Below, one piece after another: positions 39,695 through 49,220 of a DNA stretch of 64,000 bases. Made by a program: the position numbers and the translations under genes. Origin of the DNA: Myxococcales bacterium. Lineage in GTDB: Bacteria > Myxococcota_A > Polyangia > Polyangiales > DASUME01. The stretch is from the NCBI GenBank assembly GCA_047601445.1, contig JASGJH010000001.1, forward strand, positions 2,784,001 to 2,848,000. Reading direction: 5' to 3'. The notes under the pieces are model-generated. The model was not told the origin of the DNA. It made no database searches and worked only from the letters and a program-made list of their open reading frames with translations. Position 1 is the first letter of the stretch; each line of letters opens with the position of its first letter.

Positions 39695-41173
39695 GTGTCC
39701 GCCGCTGATCTCCCTACCTCGCTGACTCCTCAACCCTCAGGGCCGGATGGGACTGCGCAACACGAGCCCGAGGGCGCCCTGGCGCGACTTTCCGCGCGCC
39801 TCACCGAGCTGGCCGAGCGCTTCATCCCGGACGCCTTCGTGTTCGCCATGCTCGCCACCTTTCTCGTGATCGTGGCTGCCATCGCGTTCACGCCCGCTGC
39901 CGCGCGCGACGTGGTGCGCATCTGGGGCGACGGCTTCTGGGAGCTCAACGCCTTCACCATGCAGATGGTGCTCATCATCATCACCGGCTACGTGGTCGCC
40001 ACCTCGCCGGTGGCCCAGCGCGTGATCGCACGCATCGCACTGCTGCCGCGCTCCCCGCGCGCCGCGGTGGCCACGGTGGCGCTGTTCAGCATGGCGGCCT
40101 CGTGGATCAACTGGGGCTTCAGCCTGATCTTCGGGGCCATGTTGGCGAAGGAGGTCGCGCGCACCAAGCCGGACGTGGACTATCGCGCGCTCGCCGCCAG
40201 CGCGTTCTTGGGGCTCGGCAGCGTTTGGGCCCAGGGTCTGTCGGGTTCGGCCGCGCTGCAGATGGCCACTGCGAGCTCGCTGCCCGCCGCCATCCGCGAC
40301 ATCGTGTCGAGTCAGGGGCGTGTCCCCGGCGGCGTAATCGGCCTCGAGCACACCATCTTCCTCTGGCAGAGCGTGCTCAGCGTGGCCGTCGAGATCCCGC
40401 TGGTGTGTGCCGTGATGTACTTCGCGACCCCCGTGGGTGCGCGCGCCAAGAGCGCCGCCCAGCTCGGCATCGAGCTGCCTCGCGCCGCGCCCCCACCGAG
40501 CGCACCCGCCAAGAAGACCACGCTCGGCGACTGGCTCGAGCACGCCCGCATCCTCAACCTGGGCTTCGTGGCGCTCGCCGCCGCGTACTTCGTGCACTAC
40601 TTCGCGGACAAGCAGCAGATCCTCGCGGCCATCAACTTCAACCTGATCAATCTGCTCTTTCTGAGTGTGGGCGTGCTCGCGCACGGAACGCCGGCGCGCC
40701 TGATGAAAGCCTTCAAGGAGGCCACACCGGGCGCCTGGGCGGTGATGCTCCAGTATCCGTTCTACGCGGGCATCGCCGCGGTCGTCTCCAAGACCCACCT
40801 CAACTCGTTGATCGCCCACTGGTTCGTGAGCATCTCGAGCGCTCGGAGCTTCCCCGCCCTGATCGCCGTGTACTCCGCCGTACTCGGGGTGCTGGTGCCG
40901 AGCGGCGGCTCCAAGTGGGTCATCGAAGCGCCCTACGTGATGCAGGCCGCCCACGAGCTCAAGGTGCATCTCGGCTGGATGGTGGCCGTGTACGACCTGG
41001 GCGAGGCGCTGGCTAACCTCGTGCAGCCCTTCTGGATGTTGCCGGTGCTGGGCCTGCTCCGCCTGCGCGCGCGCGACGTGATGGGCTACACGTTCCTGGT
41101 GTTCCTGGTGCTGACACCCACGGTGCTTACGCTGGTGACGCTGCTGGGGCCGACCCTGCCCTACCCGCTTTAG
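39695..41173 (+). CDS. atoE: Short-chain fatty acid transporter (AtoE family); start uncertain
   Basis: ERFIPDAFVFA, WGDGFW..FTMQM, NWGFSL, QYPFYAGI, VPSGGSKW and ANLVQPFWMLP motifs. Confidence 0.88.
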   Translation: MSAADLPTSLTPQPSGPDGTAQHEPEGALARLSARLTELAERFIPDAFVFAMLATFLVIVAAIAFTPAAARDVVRIWGDGFWELNAFTMQMVLIIITGYVVATSPVAQRVIARIALLPRSPRAAVATVALFSMAASWINWGFSLIFGAMLAKEVARTKPDVDYRALAASAFLGLGSVWAQGLSGSAALQMATASSLPAAIRDIVSSQGRVPGGVIGLEHTIFLWQSVLSVAVEIPLVCAVMYFATPVGARAKSAAQLGIELPRAAPPPSAPAKKTTLGDWLEHARILNLGFVALAAAYFVHYFADKQQILAAINFNLINLLFLSVGVLAHGTPARLMKAFKEATPGAWAVMLQYPFYAGIAAVVSKTHLNSLIAHWFVSISSARSFPALIAVYSAVLGVLVPSGGSKWVIEAPYVMQAAHELKVHLGWMVAVYDLGEALANLVQPFWMLPVLGLLRLRARDVMGYTFLVFLVLTPTVLTLVTLLGPTLPYPL

Positions 41174-41191
41174 TCGCTCGATCCCCTTCTC

Positions 41192-41303
41192 GCTCGCGCG
41201 CCCGAGGGCGCTTTTTCGTTCTGCTCGCGCGCCCGAGGGCGCTTTTTCGTCTTGCTCGCGCGCCCGAGGGCGCTTTTTCGTTCTGCTCGCGCGCCCGAGG
41301 GCG
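41192..41303 (+). repeat. 31-bp tandem repeat of terminator-like hairpins (3 full copies + 1 partial)
   Basis: Units at 41192, 41223, 41254 and 41285: GCTCGC-GCGCCC-GA-GGGCGC-TTTTTCG. Confidence 0.92.
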
Positions 41304-41385
41304 CGCTTCGACGAGTGCGCTTCCCTACGCAACATTCGGCCTGATACGATCGGCCGCACTGGGCGGGGTAACGGGAGGCTGGGGT

Positions 41386-42246
41386 GTGCGTCGAAGCGGG
41401 CTGATGTGGGTGTGTTTGGTGGGGGCTCTCTGGCTTGGTGTGCCGTCGCTGCTGGCTGCGCAGGACGCCGCGAAGCCCAACACGGCAGCGACTGACGAAG
41501 AGGCGCGCGTGCACTTCCGACTGGGCACCGCCTATTACGACAGCGGGCGCTTCGCCCAGGCGGCCCAGGAATTCCAGCAGGCCTACGACCTCTCCAAGCG
41601 GCCGCAGCTGCTCTACAACCTGTTCCTGGCCTACCGTGACGCTGGCGACATCCGCAACGCCGCCTCCGCGCTGCGCCAGTACCTGGCCGACAACCCGCAG
41701 GTCGAGGAGCGCAGCAAGCTCGAGGCCCGCCTGGCGGCGCTCGAGAAGATCATCGAGGGCCAACCGGCTCCCCAGGCGCAGCCTCAGACCGCGCCCACCG
41801 CGGCGACTGGCCAACCCGCTACGGGCCCGGTGGCTACCGCCGAGCCCACCGCGAGCACGCCTGCGGAGCCCGCGCCCGAGGCTCCCCCCGAAGACAAGCT
41901 CAAGTGGCTGCCCTGGACCCTGATGGGGGCTGGTGGTGCGCTGGTGGTGGCCGGCGTGATCACGGGCGCCATGGCCAAGGGCGACGAGTCCGACCTCGAG
42001 AAGACTTGCCCCAACGACGTGTGCCCCGTCGACCAGATGACGAAAGCCGACGACCTCAAGTCCAGCGGCGCCATGAAAGCGACGCTCAGCGACGCGCTCT
42101 GGATCTCTGGCGCGGTCTCAGCGGGCGTCGGCGTGGCCTTCCTGTTCTGGAAGCCCTGGCTGAAGCGCAAGGAAACCCCGACCAATCCGGTCAACGTCGC
42201 GTGCAGCAGCACCGGCTGCGCCGCCAGCTACACCGGCCGCTTCTAG
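41386..42246 (+). CDS. Exported TPR protein with C-terminal hydrophobic hairpin
   Basis: EARVHFRLGTAYYDSGRFAQAAQEFQQAY…LLYNL TPR; Pro/Ala linker; Gly-rich TM-like segments. Confidence 0.8.
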   Translation: MRRSGLMWVCLVGALWLGVPSLLAAQDAAKPNTAATDEEARVHFRLGTAYYDSGRFAQAAQEFQQAYDLSKRPQLLYNLFLAYRDAGDIRNAASALRQYLADNPQVEERSKLEARLAALEKIIEGQPAPQAQPQTAPTAATGQPATGPVATAEPTASTPAEPAPEAPPEDKLKWLPWTLMGAGGALVVAGVITGAMAKGDESDLEKTCPNDVCPVDQMTKADDLKSSGAMKATLSDALWISGAVSAGVGVAFLFWKPWLKRKETPTNPVNVACSSTGCAASYTGRF

Positions 42247-42386
42247 TTCCCCGTCGAGCGGGCGCCGCGCTGCGTCAACCTGCTTGGATTGACCGGGCGC
42301 AGCGCTGCGTCGACCTTTGGGGTGCTGCCGGGCCCGCGTGCAATCCCCGCCTGGCGAGCGCCTACGCGCGGTAACATGCTTAGAGC

Positions 42387-42797
42387 GTGAGCTTCGAAGG
42401 CAAACGGCTGGTGCTGTTCGACGGCGTGTGCAACGTGTGCAACGCGCTGATCTTGTTCATCATCGACCGCGATCCACGCGAGCAGTTCGTGTTCGCGCCG
42501 CTGAGCTCGGAGCTGGGACGTTCGGTGCTCGCCAAGCACGACCTGGGCCCGAACCTGGACTCGGTGGTGTTGGTCGAAGACGGGCGCGCCTTCAGCCATT
42601 CCACGGCCATCCTGCGTATTTTGGGCCGGCTGGGCGGGGTCTGGCGCCTGTTCTGGGCCGGTTTCGTCTTGCCGCGCTTCGCCCGGGACTGGGGCTACCG
42701 CTACTTCGCGCGCCATCGCTACGCATGGTTCGGCAAGAGCGACCAGTGCCGCGTTCCCACACCCGAGCTGCGCCGCCGCTTCCTCGCCAGCAATTGA
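42387..42797 (+). CDS. DCC1/YuxK (DUF393) thiol-disulfide oxidoreductase family protein
   Basis: LFDGVCNVC motif and YRYFARHRYAWFG. Confidence 0.92.
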   Translation: MSFEGKRLVLFDGVCNVCNALILFIIDRDPREQFVFAPLSSELGRSVLAKHDLGPNLDSVVLVEDGRAFSHSTAILRILGRLGGVWRLFWAGFVLPRFARDWGYRYFARHRYAWFGKSDQCRVPTPELRRRFLASN

Positions 42798-42806
42798 GGC
42801 ACGCCG

Positions 42807-43691
42807 ATGGGTGCGGGCGACAGCAGCGACACACGCTTCAGCAGCTTTACGAGCGTGCAGGCCGGATCCTATTCGGTGCGCGGCATTTCGGTGGGCGGCG
42901 TGTACACCACCTTGCAGGTTCCGGAGCTGTCCCTGCTGCTCGACGTGGGACTACCGCTGCGCGCGTTCTGCGCGTCGGATCACATCTTCCTGAGCCACGG
43001 TCACGTCGACCATATGGGCGGTATCCTGGGACTGCTCGGGGTACGCGGCATGATGATGAAGCCCGCCCTGCCCCGCGTGTATCTACCGGCCGAGATCGAG
43101 GCAGACCTGCTGGCCCTGCTCGCGTCGGCGAGTCGCATGCAGCGCTACGAACTCGCCGTGGAGACGGTGCCCTTGCGCAACGGCGACGAACGCCTGGTGG
43201 CCAACAACCTGTGGGTGCGCGCGTTTCGCACCCATCATCCGGTGCCCTCGCTGGGTTTTCAGTTCTTCCGTCGGGTGAACAAACTGAAGCCGGAGTTCTT
43301 GGCATTGCCCGGCCCCGAGATCGCGGCCCGCAAGGCGCGCGGCGAAGACCTCTTCGTGGAGAGCGAGCGACTCGAGCTTTGCTACGCCACCGACACCTTG
43401 CTGCGCATCCTGGACACCAATCCTTCGATGCTACAGAGCCGCGTATTGATCCTGGAGTGCACGTTCTACGACGAACGCAAGTCGTTGGCCGAGACCCACG
43501 CCGGCTGTCACGTGCACCTCGACGAGATCGTCGCGGCAGCGGAGCGCTTCGAGAACGAACACCTGGTGCTGATGCACACGAGCCAAATCTATTCGCCCCG
43601 TGAGGCCCGCGAGATTTTAGCTCGCCGGCTGCCCAAGGCGCTCCACGAGCGCGTGGTCCTGTTTGCGCCTGAACGGGGGCCCTGGCTCTAG
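42807..43691 (+). CDS. Metallo-beta-lactamase fold RNase Z-like nuclease (TM-type)
   Basis: SHGHVDHMGG, KLKPEFLALPGPEIAARK arm, TDT, ECTF, HVHL and HTS motifs. Confidence 0.8.
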   Translation: MGAGDSSDTRFSSFTSVQAGSYSVRGISVGGVYTTLQVPELSLLLDVGLPLRAFCASDHIFLSHGHVDHMGGILGLLGVRGMMMKPALPRVYLPAEIEADLLALLASASRMQRYELAVETVPLRNGDERLVANNLWVRAFRTHHPVPSLGFQFFRRVNKLKPEFLALPGPEIAARKARGEDLFVESERLELCYATDTLLRILDTNPSMLQSRVLILECTFYDERKSLAETHAGCHVHLDEIVAAAERFENEHLVLMHTSQIYSPREAREILARRLPKALHERVVLFAPERGPWL

Positions 43692-43721
43692 GGGCGAGCG
43701 ACCATGGTCAGAACGGAACGT

Positions 43722-43856
43722 CGCTCACGCACGCCGTCGCCGTTCAGGTCAAAGTCGACGTCGCCGACCAGGTCGAGGTCAACGGGCAAGCAGGCTGTTC
43801 GCGCCTGCGATGGTGGACTCTGACGGCGACTTCGACGGCGACGGTGTGCGTGAACG
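43722..43856. repeat. Dispersed inverted-repeat element, copy 1 (between convergent genes)
   Basis: Arm CGCTCACGCACGCCGTCGCCGTT… (43722-43784) and inverted arm …ACGGCGACGGTGTGCGTGAACG; homologous to 55702-55836. Confidence 0.8.
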
Positions 43857-43871
43857 CCCCGCGTCGACCAA

Positions 43872-44906
43872 CTAAGCGCGCTGCACGCGAGGGCGTTCGC
43901 CGACAGCGGGCGGCGCTGAGTCGGACCGCTCGGCAAGCTTGCCGCGCACGCTGCGCACCACGTAGACCTCCGTGCGATTGAGCGAGGTACGCACCACGAC
44001 CTCCGCCACCAGCCCCACGCACAGGATCTGCACGCCGGTGATGGTCAGCAGCACCCCCAGGGTGAGCAGCGGACGGGTGCCCACCGATTGCCCCATGAAC
44101 CAGATCACGGTGAGGTAGCTGAGCAGCATCAACCCCACCAGCATGATCATCGCGCCGGGGATGCCGAAGAAGTGCAGCGGTCGCGTGCGGTAGCGCGTGA
44201 GCAGGAGCACGGTGGGCAGGTCGAGCATGCCCTCCATCAAGCGCTTGTTGCCGAACTTGCTGTGGCCGTGCTGACGCGCGCGGTGATTGACCACGAGCTC
44301 CTCGACCTTGAAACCTCGATCCTGGGCGAACACCGGCAGGAAGCGGTGGAAACCACCGTACACGCGCAGCTCCTGGATGCACTCGGCTCGGTAAGCCTTG
44401 AAGCCGCAGTTGAAGTCGTGCAGCTGCACGCCGCTCAGCTTGCGCACCACTCCGTTGAACACACGCGACGGCATGGTCTTGTCGAGCGGATCATGGCGCT
44501 TTTGCTTCCACCCCGACACCATATCGGCGCCAGCTCGGATGCGCTCGACGAAGGCCGGGATCATGGCGGGGTCGTCTTGCAGGTCCGCGTCCATGGTGAT
44601 GACGATCTGGCCGCGCACGCGCTCGAAGCCGGCCGCCAGCGCCGGCGACTTGCCGAAGTTGCGCCGCAGATGGACCACCGAGACGCGCGGGTCGCGCTCC
44701 GCCAGATTGTCGAGGGCCTCGGCCGAGCCGTCCCGGCTGCCGTCGTCGATGAACACGATCTCGTAGTCGCTGACCACCCCACGGCAGCCCGCGGTGATCT
44801 CCTCGTGGAGCTGCGCGAGCGACTCCACCTCGTTGAACACGGGCACGAGAATGGAGAGTTCCGGGCTGCTCGGGGAGCCGTCCTGCATCGGAGGCGACGG
44901 TAGCAC
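43872..44906 (-). CDS. GT2 glycosyltransferase (ArnC-like polyprenol-phosphate sugar synthase)
   Basis: VPVFNE, DDGSRD, RNFGKS, MDADLQDDP, DFNCGFKAYR motifs; two C-terminal TMs. Confidence 0.92.
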   Translation of the reverse strand: MLPSPPMQDGSPSSPELSILVPVFNEVESLAQLHEEITAGCRGVVSDYEIVFIDDGSRDGSAEALDNLAERDPRVSVVHLRRNFGKSPALAAGFERVRGQIVITMDADLQDDPAMIPAFVERIRAGADMVSGWKQKRHDPLDKTMPSRVFNGVVRKLSGVQLHDFNCGFKAYRAECIQELRVYGGFHRFLPVFAQDRGFKVEELVVNHRARQHGHSKFGNKRLMEGMLDLPTVLLLTRYRTRPLHFFGIPGAMIMLVGLMLLSYLTVIWFMGQSVGTRPLLTLGVLLTITGVQILCVGLVAEVVVRTSLNRTEVYVVRSVRGKLAERSDSAPPAVGERPRVQRA

Positions 44907-44919
44907 GTCGCCCCCACCC

Positions 44920-45933
44920 TCAGCTCCACGCCTTGGCGTCGGTGCGGATCAGGCCCGGGATCGCTGCTCGCAGGCCGGGCTCCCGGGTGGTTATCAAGCG
45001 CTCGAGGCGCCGCGTCCGGCCGAGGTTCTCCTCCAGGAGGCGGCGGTTGGCGGCCAAGAGCACGCTGAGGGCCCAGAAAAGCCCCACGATGAAGGCCAGC
45101 ATCACCAGCCCCACACCCAACACCAGCGACTGCACGTGACCGCTGCGGGTAGGCTCCATCCAGTAGTAGACCAGGAAGCGCGCGATGCCCCCGAGCCCGA
45201 CCAGCAACAGCAGCGAGGTCACCAGGGAGAGCGCGCGCGCCGGGTTGTACATCAGGTAGGAGCGCAGGATCACCGAGCCGTTCTTGGCCAGATACTCCGG
45301 GACCGAGCGGAACAGGCGCGAGGGGCGGGTCTTCTTGTTGGTGACGATGGTCACGTTGGCCACGCTGAGTCCGGCGTGACCCGCCTGGATCAGGGTTTCG
45401 AGCGTGTACGAAAAGGGGTTGTGGACGAACAGAGTCAGCAGCGCCTTCTGGTTCATGGCCCGAAAGCCGCTCGTGGAATCTTGCACCGCGGTGCCCGAGG
45501 CAGTGCGCACCACGGAGCTGCCCCAGCGCTGCAGCAGCTTCTTCAGGGGGGAGAACTCTTCGATGGTGTCGGTTTGGCGATCGCCCACCACGATGTCCGC
45601 TTGTCCGGCCACGATGGGCGCCACCAGGCGCTCGATGTCGGTGCCCGCATACTGATTGTCGGCGTCGGTGTTCACCACGATGTCCGCGCCGAGCAAGAGA
45701 CAGGCGTCGAGCCCCGCCATGTGTGCCGCGGAAAGGCCCCGGTTTCGGGGGAAACGCACGATATGGTGGACCCCGAGCTCCCGTGCTACCTCGGCGGTGC
45801 CATCGGTGCTGCCGTCGTCGATCACCAGGACCTCGATCTCGCGAATTCCCGGGAGTGACCGCGGCAGGTCCGCGAAGGTCCTCGGGAGCTGCTCGCGCTC
45901 GTTCAGACAAGGTATCTGGATGATAAGTTTCAT
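44920..45933 (-). CDS. GT2 glycosyltransferase
   Basis: MKLIIQIPCLNE, DDGSTD, NTDADNQY, DSTSGFRA and FSYTLETLIQAG motifs; two C-terminal TMs. Confidence 0.92.
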   Translation of the reverse strand: MKLIIQIPCLNEREQLPRTFADLPRSLPGIREIEVLVIDDGSTDGTAEVARELGVHHIVRFPRNRGLSAAHMAGLDACLLLGADIVVNTDADNQYAGTDIERLVAPIVAGQADIVVGDRQTDTIEEFSPLKKLLQRWGSSVVRTASGTAVQDSTSGFRAMNQKALLTLFVHNPFSYTLETLIQAGHAGLSVANVTIVTNKKTRPSRLFRSVPEYLAKNGSVILRSYLMYNPARALSLVTSLLLLVGLGGIARFLVYYWMEPTRSGHVQSLVLGVGLVMLAFIVGLFWALSVLLAANRRLLEENLGRTRRLERLITTREPGLRAAIPGLIRTDAKAWS

Positions 45934-46029
45934 CGGCCCGCATCATGGCACGAGAGCCCTGCACGGGGAGCCATCTTCATGGTCCCGAGGGGCACGCATG
46001 CGGGCGCCTTCGGCGCGCGGGGAGCACCG

Positions 46030-48306
46030 ATGATCGGCCAGAGCTCCTGGGACGAGTGGCGCAGCCTGCCCGCGCGGTCGCGCTGGTTGGTGGTCAGCTT
46101 CGGCCTGCTCGCGATCGCGCTCTATGCCTACGGGCTCGACGCTGACTTCGTGTTCGGCCACGACGGCTGGTGCGCGGCCCGCCGCGGCATCGCGGGCAAC
46201 AACCTGGTGCGCTACGGCTTCATCGAGACCCGCTTCGCCCACATCCGCAACCCCGACTACACGCCGCCCCAGCTGCGCGGCATCTACTGGCATCACCCCC
46301 ACGGCATGCAGCTGCTGATCGGGCTCTCGTACAAGCTGTTCGGGCGTGGTGAGTGGCAGACGCGGCTGATCCCGTTTCTCTCCATGGTGGCGAGCCTGGG
46401 GATGTGGTGGGGCATCACGTGGCGGCTGATCCCGAGCGCGTTGGCGCGCGCCACTTCCATGCTGGTGTTCCTGACCATGCCGATGTTGGTGGTCTACGGC
46501 GTGTTCGTGAACATGGACCCGCTCGTGCTGTGCGCCAGCATCGGCGCCGCGTGGCTGTTCGTGCGCTACGAGGAGACGCCTTCCTGGCGGCGTGGTCTCG
46601 CCTGCTTCGCGCTCGCGTTCGTTGCGAGTTACTCCGGGTGGTCGTGGTTCCTGTTCGCGGCTCTCCTGTGCAGTCTGGAGGTCGGCCTGTGGATCACGCA
46701 CCGCCGCTTCTCGCTGCGCTGGTTGAGCTGGCACTGCTCGGGCACCCTGCTCGGTTTCGTGGCCATCGTGTCGCACCTGGTGATGCTCGAGGGGTCGCCG
46801 GACCCGCGCACCTCGTTCCGCAACCTCTTCATGCAGCGCTCGACGCAGGGCGGGCGCATCACGTTCCTCGACGCACTCAAGGCCCAGGAAGAGTCGCTGA
46901 TCAAGTTATTCACGCCGGGCCTGCTGCTGGTGGGGGCGATCGGGCTGCTGGTGATCGTGGTCTCCTTGCTGCGCGTGCGGTTCGCCTTGCGTCAGGGCCT
47001 GGCGCTGGTGTTTTTGGCCACGGGTGTCGGCTTCGTGGCGGTGTTCACCCAGGGCGCGAGCGTGCACGACTTCTGGTCCAGCATCGCAGCCCCCTACTTC
47101 CCGCTCGTGGCGGCCGACCTGGTGGCGCGCGCGGAGGGGCTTGCAGGAACGCGTTTTCAGCGTGCCCTGACGGCGGGGTGGGCGCTCGCGATCGCGCTGC
47201 AAGTGGCCTACAGCCTGGGGATGATCGTGCAGCGCCGCGAGTATCCGGACATCGGACACCCGGCCGCCAGCAACGACCACCAGCAGCGCAATATCGTGGT
47301 CTGGAAATGGCTCCACGATCATTCGCGTTCGGGCCGGCCCGTGCTGCTCGACCGCCGTAACGCCGAGGGCACCACGGGCCCGCAACGCAGCTACTACATG
47401 GATCGCGTGGAGCGCCACGTGGACATGCTGATTGCGCCGCTCGGGCAGCGCGAGGGCGCTGAGTTCGCGCTGCTCGACATGCGGCGCTTTCCGGTGGAGG
47501 CGCTCGCGAAGACCCTCACCACGCTGATCGAGCACTATCGCCTGACGGTGATCGACACCTTCGTGGTGGTGCACCTGAAGGAGCCCGTGCAAGGGGCGCG
47601 CGTGACCTACTTGCGCAGCCAGCCCGAGTACGACTCGGCGCTCTCGGCCTGGCTGCGCACCACGCAGCGCGCCGCCACCAAGCTGGTGCAAGACGACCTC
47701 TTGAAGGCCGAGTTCTTCCTGTACGCCGGCCTGCCCGAGCTGGCCAAGCAGGCCTACGCCGCGCGGTCTGCCAACGTCAAGGACGGCGCTCCCGACGACG
47801 TCCACCACCGCGTCGCGGACCACAACCTGGCGCTGCTCTCGGGCAAGGCCCCGCCCACCGTGAAGAGCTGGCTGCCCCGCGTGCTGCCCAGTTGCCCGGG
47901 TGTTCGCAAGCCGCTCGAGGCGGTGCGCACCGAGGCCCCCAGCAATCGCATCGTGCGCGCCACCGCGGTGCTCGCCGCCAGGCCCAGCGTGGACGCGTCG
48001 CCGCTGCCCTACGAGAGCATCGTGGTCACCGAGGGAGGCCGCCCGCCGCCGGGCGTCGGCCGCGAGCACCTGGCCGTGCCGCTATCGGCCGAGCAGCTGC
48101 CGGTGGGGGGGCTCATCTGGTTCGATGCCGTGGCCTTGCAGCGACGGGCCGAAGGGTTCAGCGAGCCGCGCGCGTCCGTGGTACCCAACAAGCCCGTGCG
48201 CAACGCGGGCCGTCCCCCCGTCTTCGACGTGCCCTGCGGAGACCCACCCGTGGTGCTCCCGCGCTGGCTACGCAGGCCCCTGGGCCTGGGCTGGCTCGCG
48301 CCCTAG
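46030..48306 (+). CDS. GT-C fold (ArnT/PMT-like) membrane glycosyltransferase with C-terminal periplasmic domain
   Basis: Multi-TM; YWHHPHG…LSYKLFGRGEWQTRL segment typical of ArnT/PMT-2 proteins. Confidence 0.7.
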   Translation: MIGQSSWDEWRSLPARSRWLVVSFGLLAIALYAYGLDADFVFGHDGWCAARRGIAGNNLVRYGFIETRFAHIRNPDYTPPQLRGIYWHHPHGMQLLIGLSYKLFGRGEWQTRLIPFLSMVASLGMWWGITWRLIPSALARATSMLVFLTMPMLVVYGVFVNMDPLVLCASIGAAWLFVRYEETPSWRRGLACFALAFVASYSGWSWFLFAALLCSLEVGLWITHRRFSLRWLSWHCSGTLLGFVAIVSHLVMLEGSPDPRTSFRNLFMQRSTQGGRITFLDALKAQEESLIKLFTPGLLLVGAIGLLVIVVSLLRVRFALRQGLALVFLATGVGFVAVFTQGASVHDFWSSIAAPYFPLVAADLVARAEGLAGTRFQRALTAGWALAIALQVAYSLGMIVQRREYPDIGHPAASNDHQQRNIVVWKWLHDHSRSGRPVLLDRRNAEGTTGPQRSYYMDRVERHVDMLIAPLGQREGAEFALLDMRRFPVEALAKTLTTLIEHYRLTVIDTFVVVHLKEPVQGARVTYLRSQPEYDSALSAWLRTTQRAATKLVQDDLLKAEFFLYAGLPELAKQAYAARSANVKDGAPDDVHHRVADHNLALLSGKAPPTVKSWLPRVLPSCPGVRKPLEAVRTEAPSNRIVRATAVLAARPSVDASPLPYESIVVTEGGRPPPGVGREHLAVPLSAEQLPVGGLIWFDAVALQRRAEGFSEPRASVVPNKPVRNAGRPPVFDVPCGDPPVVLPRWLRRPLGLGWLAP

Positions 48307-49220
48307 CGCGAGCGCAGCGCGAGCAACCCGCGAGCGAGCAGCCACACCGCGAGCTCGGTGGCCAGCGTGACTGCTCGCGACACCAGGCTGAAGGCCAAGG
48401 CGCGCGTGGCCCCGATCTGGGGCGATAGCAGCACCACCACGAAAGCCTCCCGCACGCCGAGTCCGCCCGGCGCCACCAGCGCGAAGAACGCCACGATGGG
48501 CCCGAGCACGCCCGCCGCGCCGGCCAACAGCGCGATGTCGACCGGCTCCGAGAGCGCGTAGGCGCACAGGCCGGAAGACACCGCAGTGGCGAGCCAGTAG
48601 GCCGTACAACCCGCGATCCAATAGAGGTGCAGCAGGGGTCCCGTTCGATCGGCCATGCGCAGGATGCGCACCACGAAGCCCGGGTAGCGACGCACGTCGA
48701 TGATCGCTAGCGCAGCCACGGCCCCGCAGATCGCGATCAGGAGCGGCAGCGTCCAGGGCCCGGACAGCACGGCGCGCAAGGCGGGCGCGGCCCACGGCCC
48801 CACCGTGATGAAAGCGGCCACGGCACCAGCCGTGGCGATGGAGGCCAGCGTCTCCATGATCACGCTGCCGGCCATGAAGGGCACGCCGACTCCGAACTCG
48901 ACAGCGGCCGACATGCGCACCGCCGGGATGCCGACCTTGCCTGGCAGATAGCGCGCCAGGATGCCGCGGAAGTAAAGCTCGCACACCGAGAGGAAGCGCT
49001 GACTACGACCGCTCTCCTGGCGCAGGATGCGCGAGAACGCGAAGGCCGACGACGTGTAGCCCATGGCCAGCGCCAGCGAGCTCACCGCCAACCATCCCCA
49101 ATGCACGTGGATGGGCTCGCGCTCCAGTCGACGCGCGAGTTCGAACGCGGCCCATCCGAAGGAGATGGCCACGATCACCAGCACCACGCGGCCCACCGTC
49201 TTGGAAGAGAGCTTGTTCAA
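48303..49220 (-). CDS. Lysylphosphatidylglycerol synthase TM-domain (flippase-like) protein
   Basis: LARYLPGKV and APGGLGVREA motifs. Confidence 0.85.
   Translation of the reverse strand: MNKLSSKTVGRVVLVIVAISFGWAAFELARRLEREPIHVHWGWLAVSSLALAMGYTSSAFAFSRILRQESGRSQRFLSVCELYFRGILARYLPGKVGIPAVRMSAAVEFGVGVPFMAGSVIMETLASIATAGAVAAFITVGPWAAPALRAVLSGPWTLPLLIAICGAVAALAIIDVRRYPGFVVRILRMADRTGPLLHLYWIAGCTAYWLATAVSSGLCAYALSEPVDIALLAGAAGVLGPIVAFFALVAPGGLGVREAFVVVLLSPQIGATRALAFSLVSRAVTLATELAVWLLARGLLALRSR

Noticed and set aside
41192..41303. Mini CRISPR array
   Set aside because: The 31-bp units are contiguous with no spacers.
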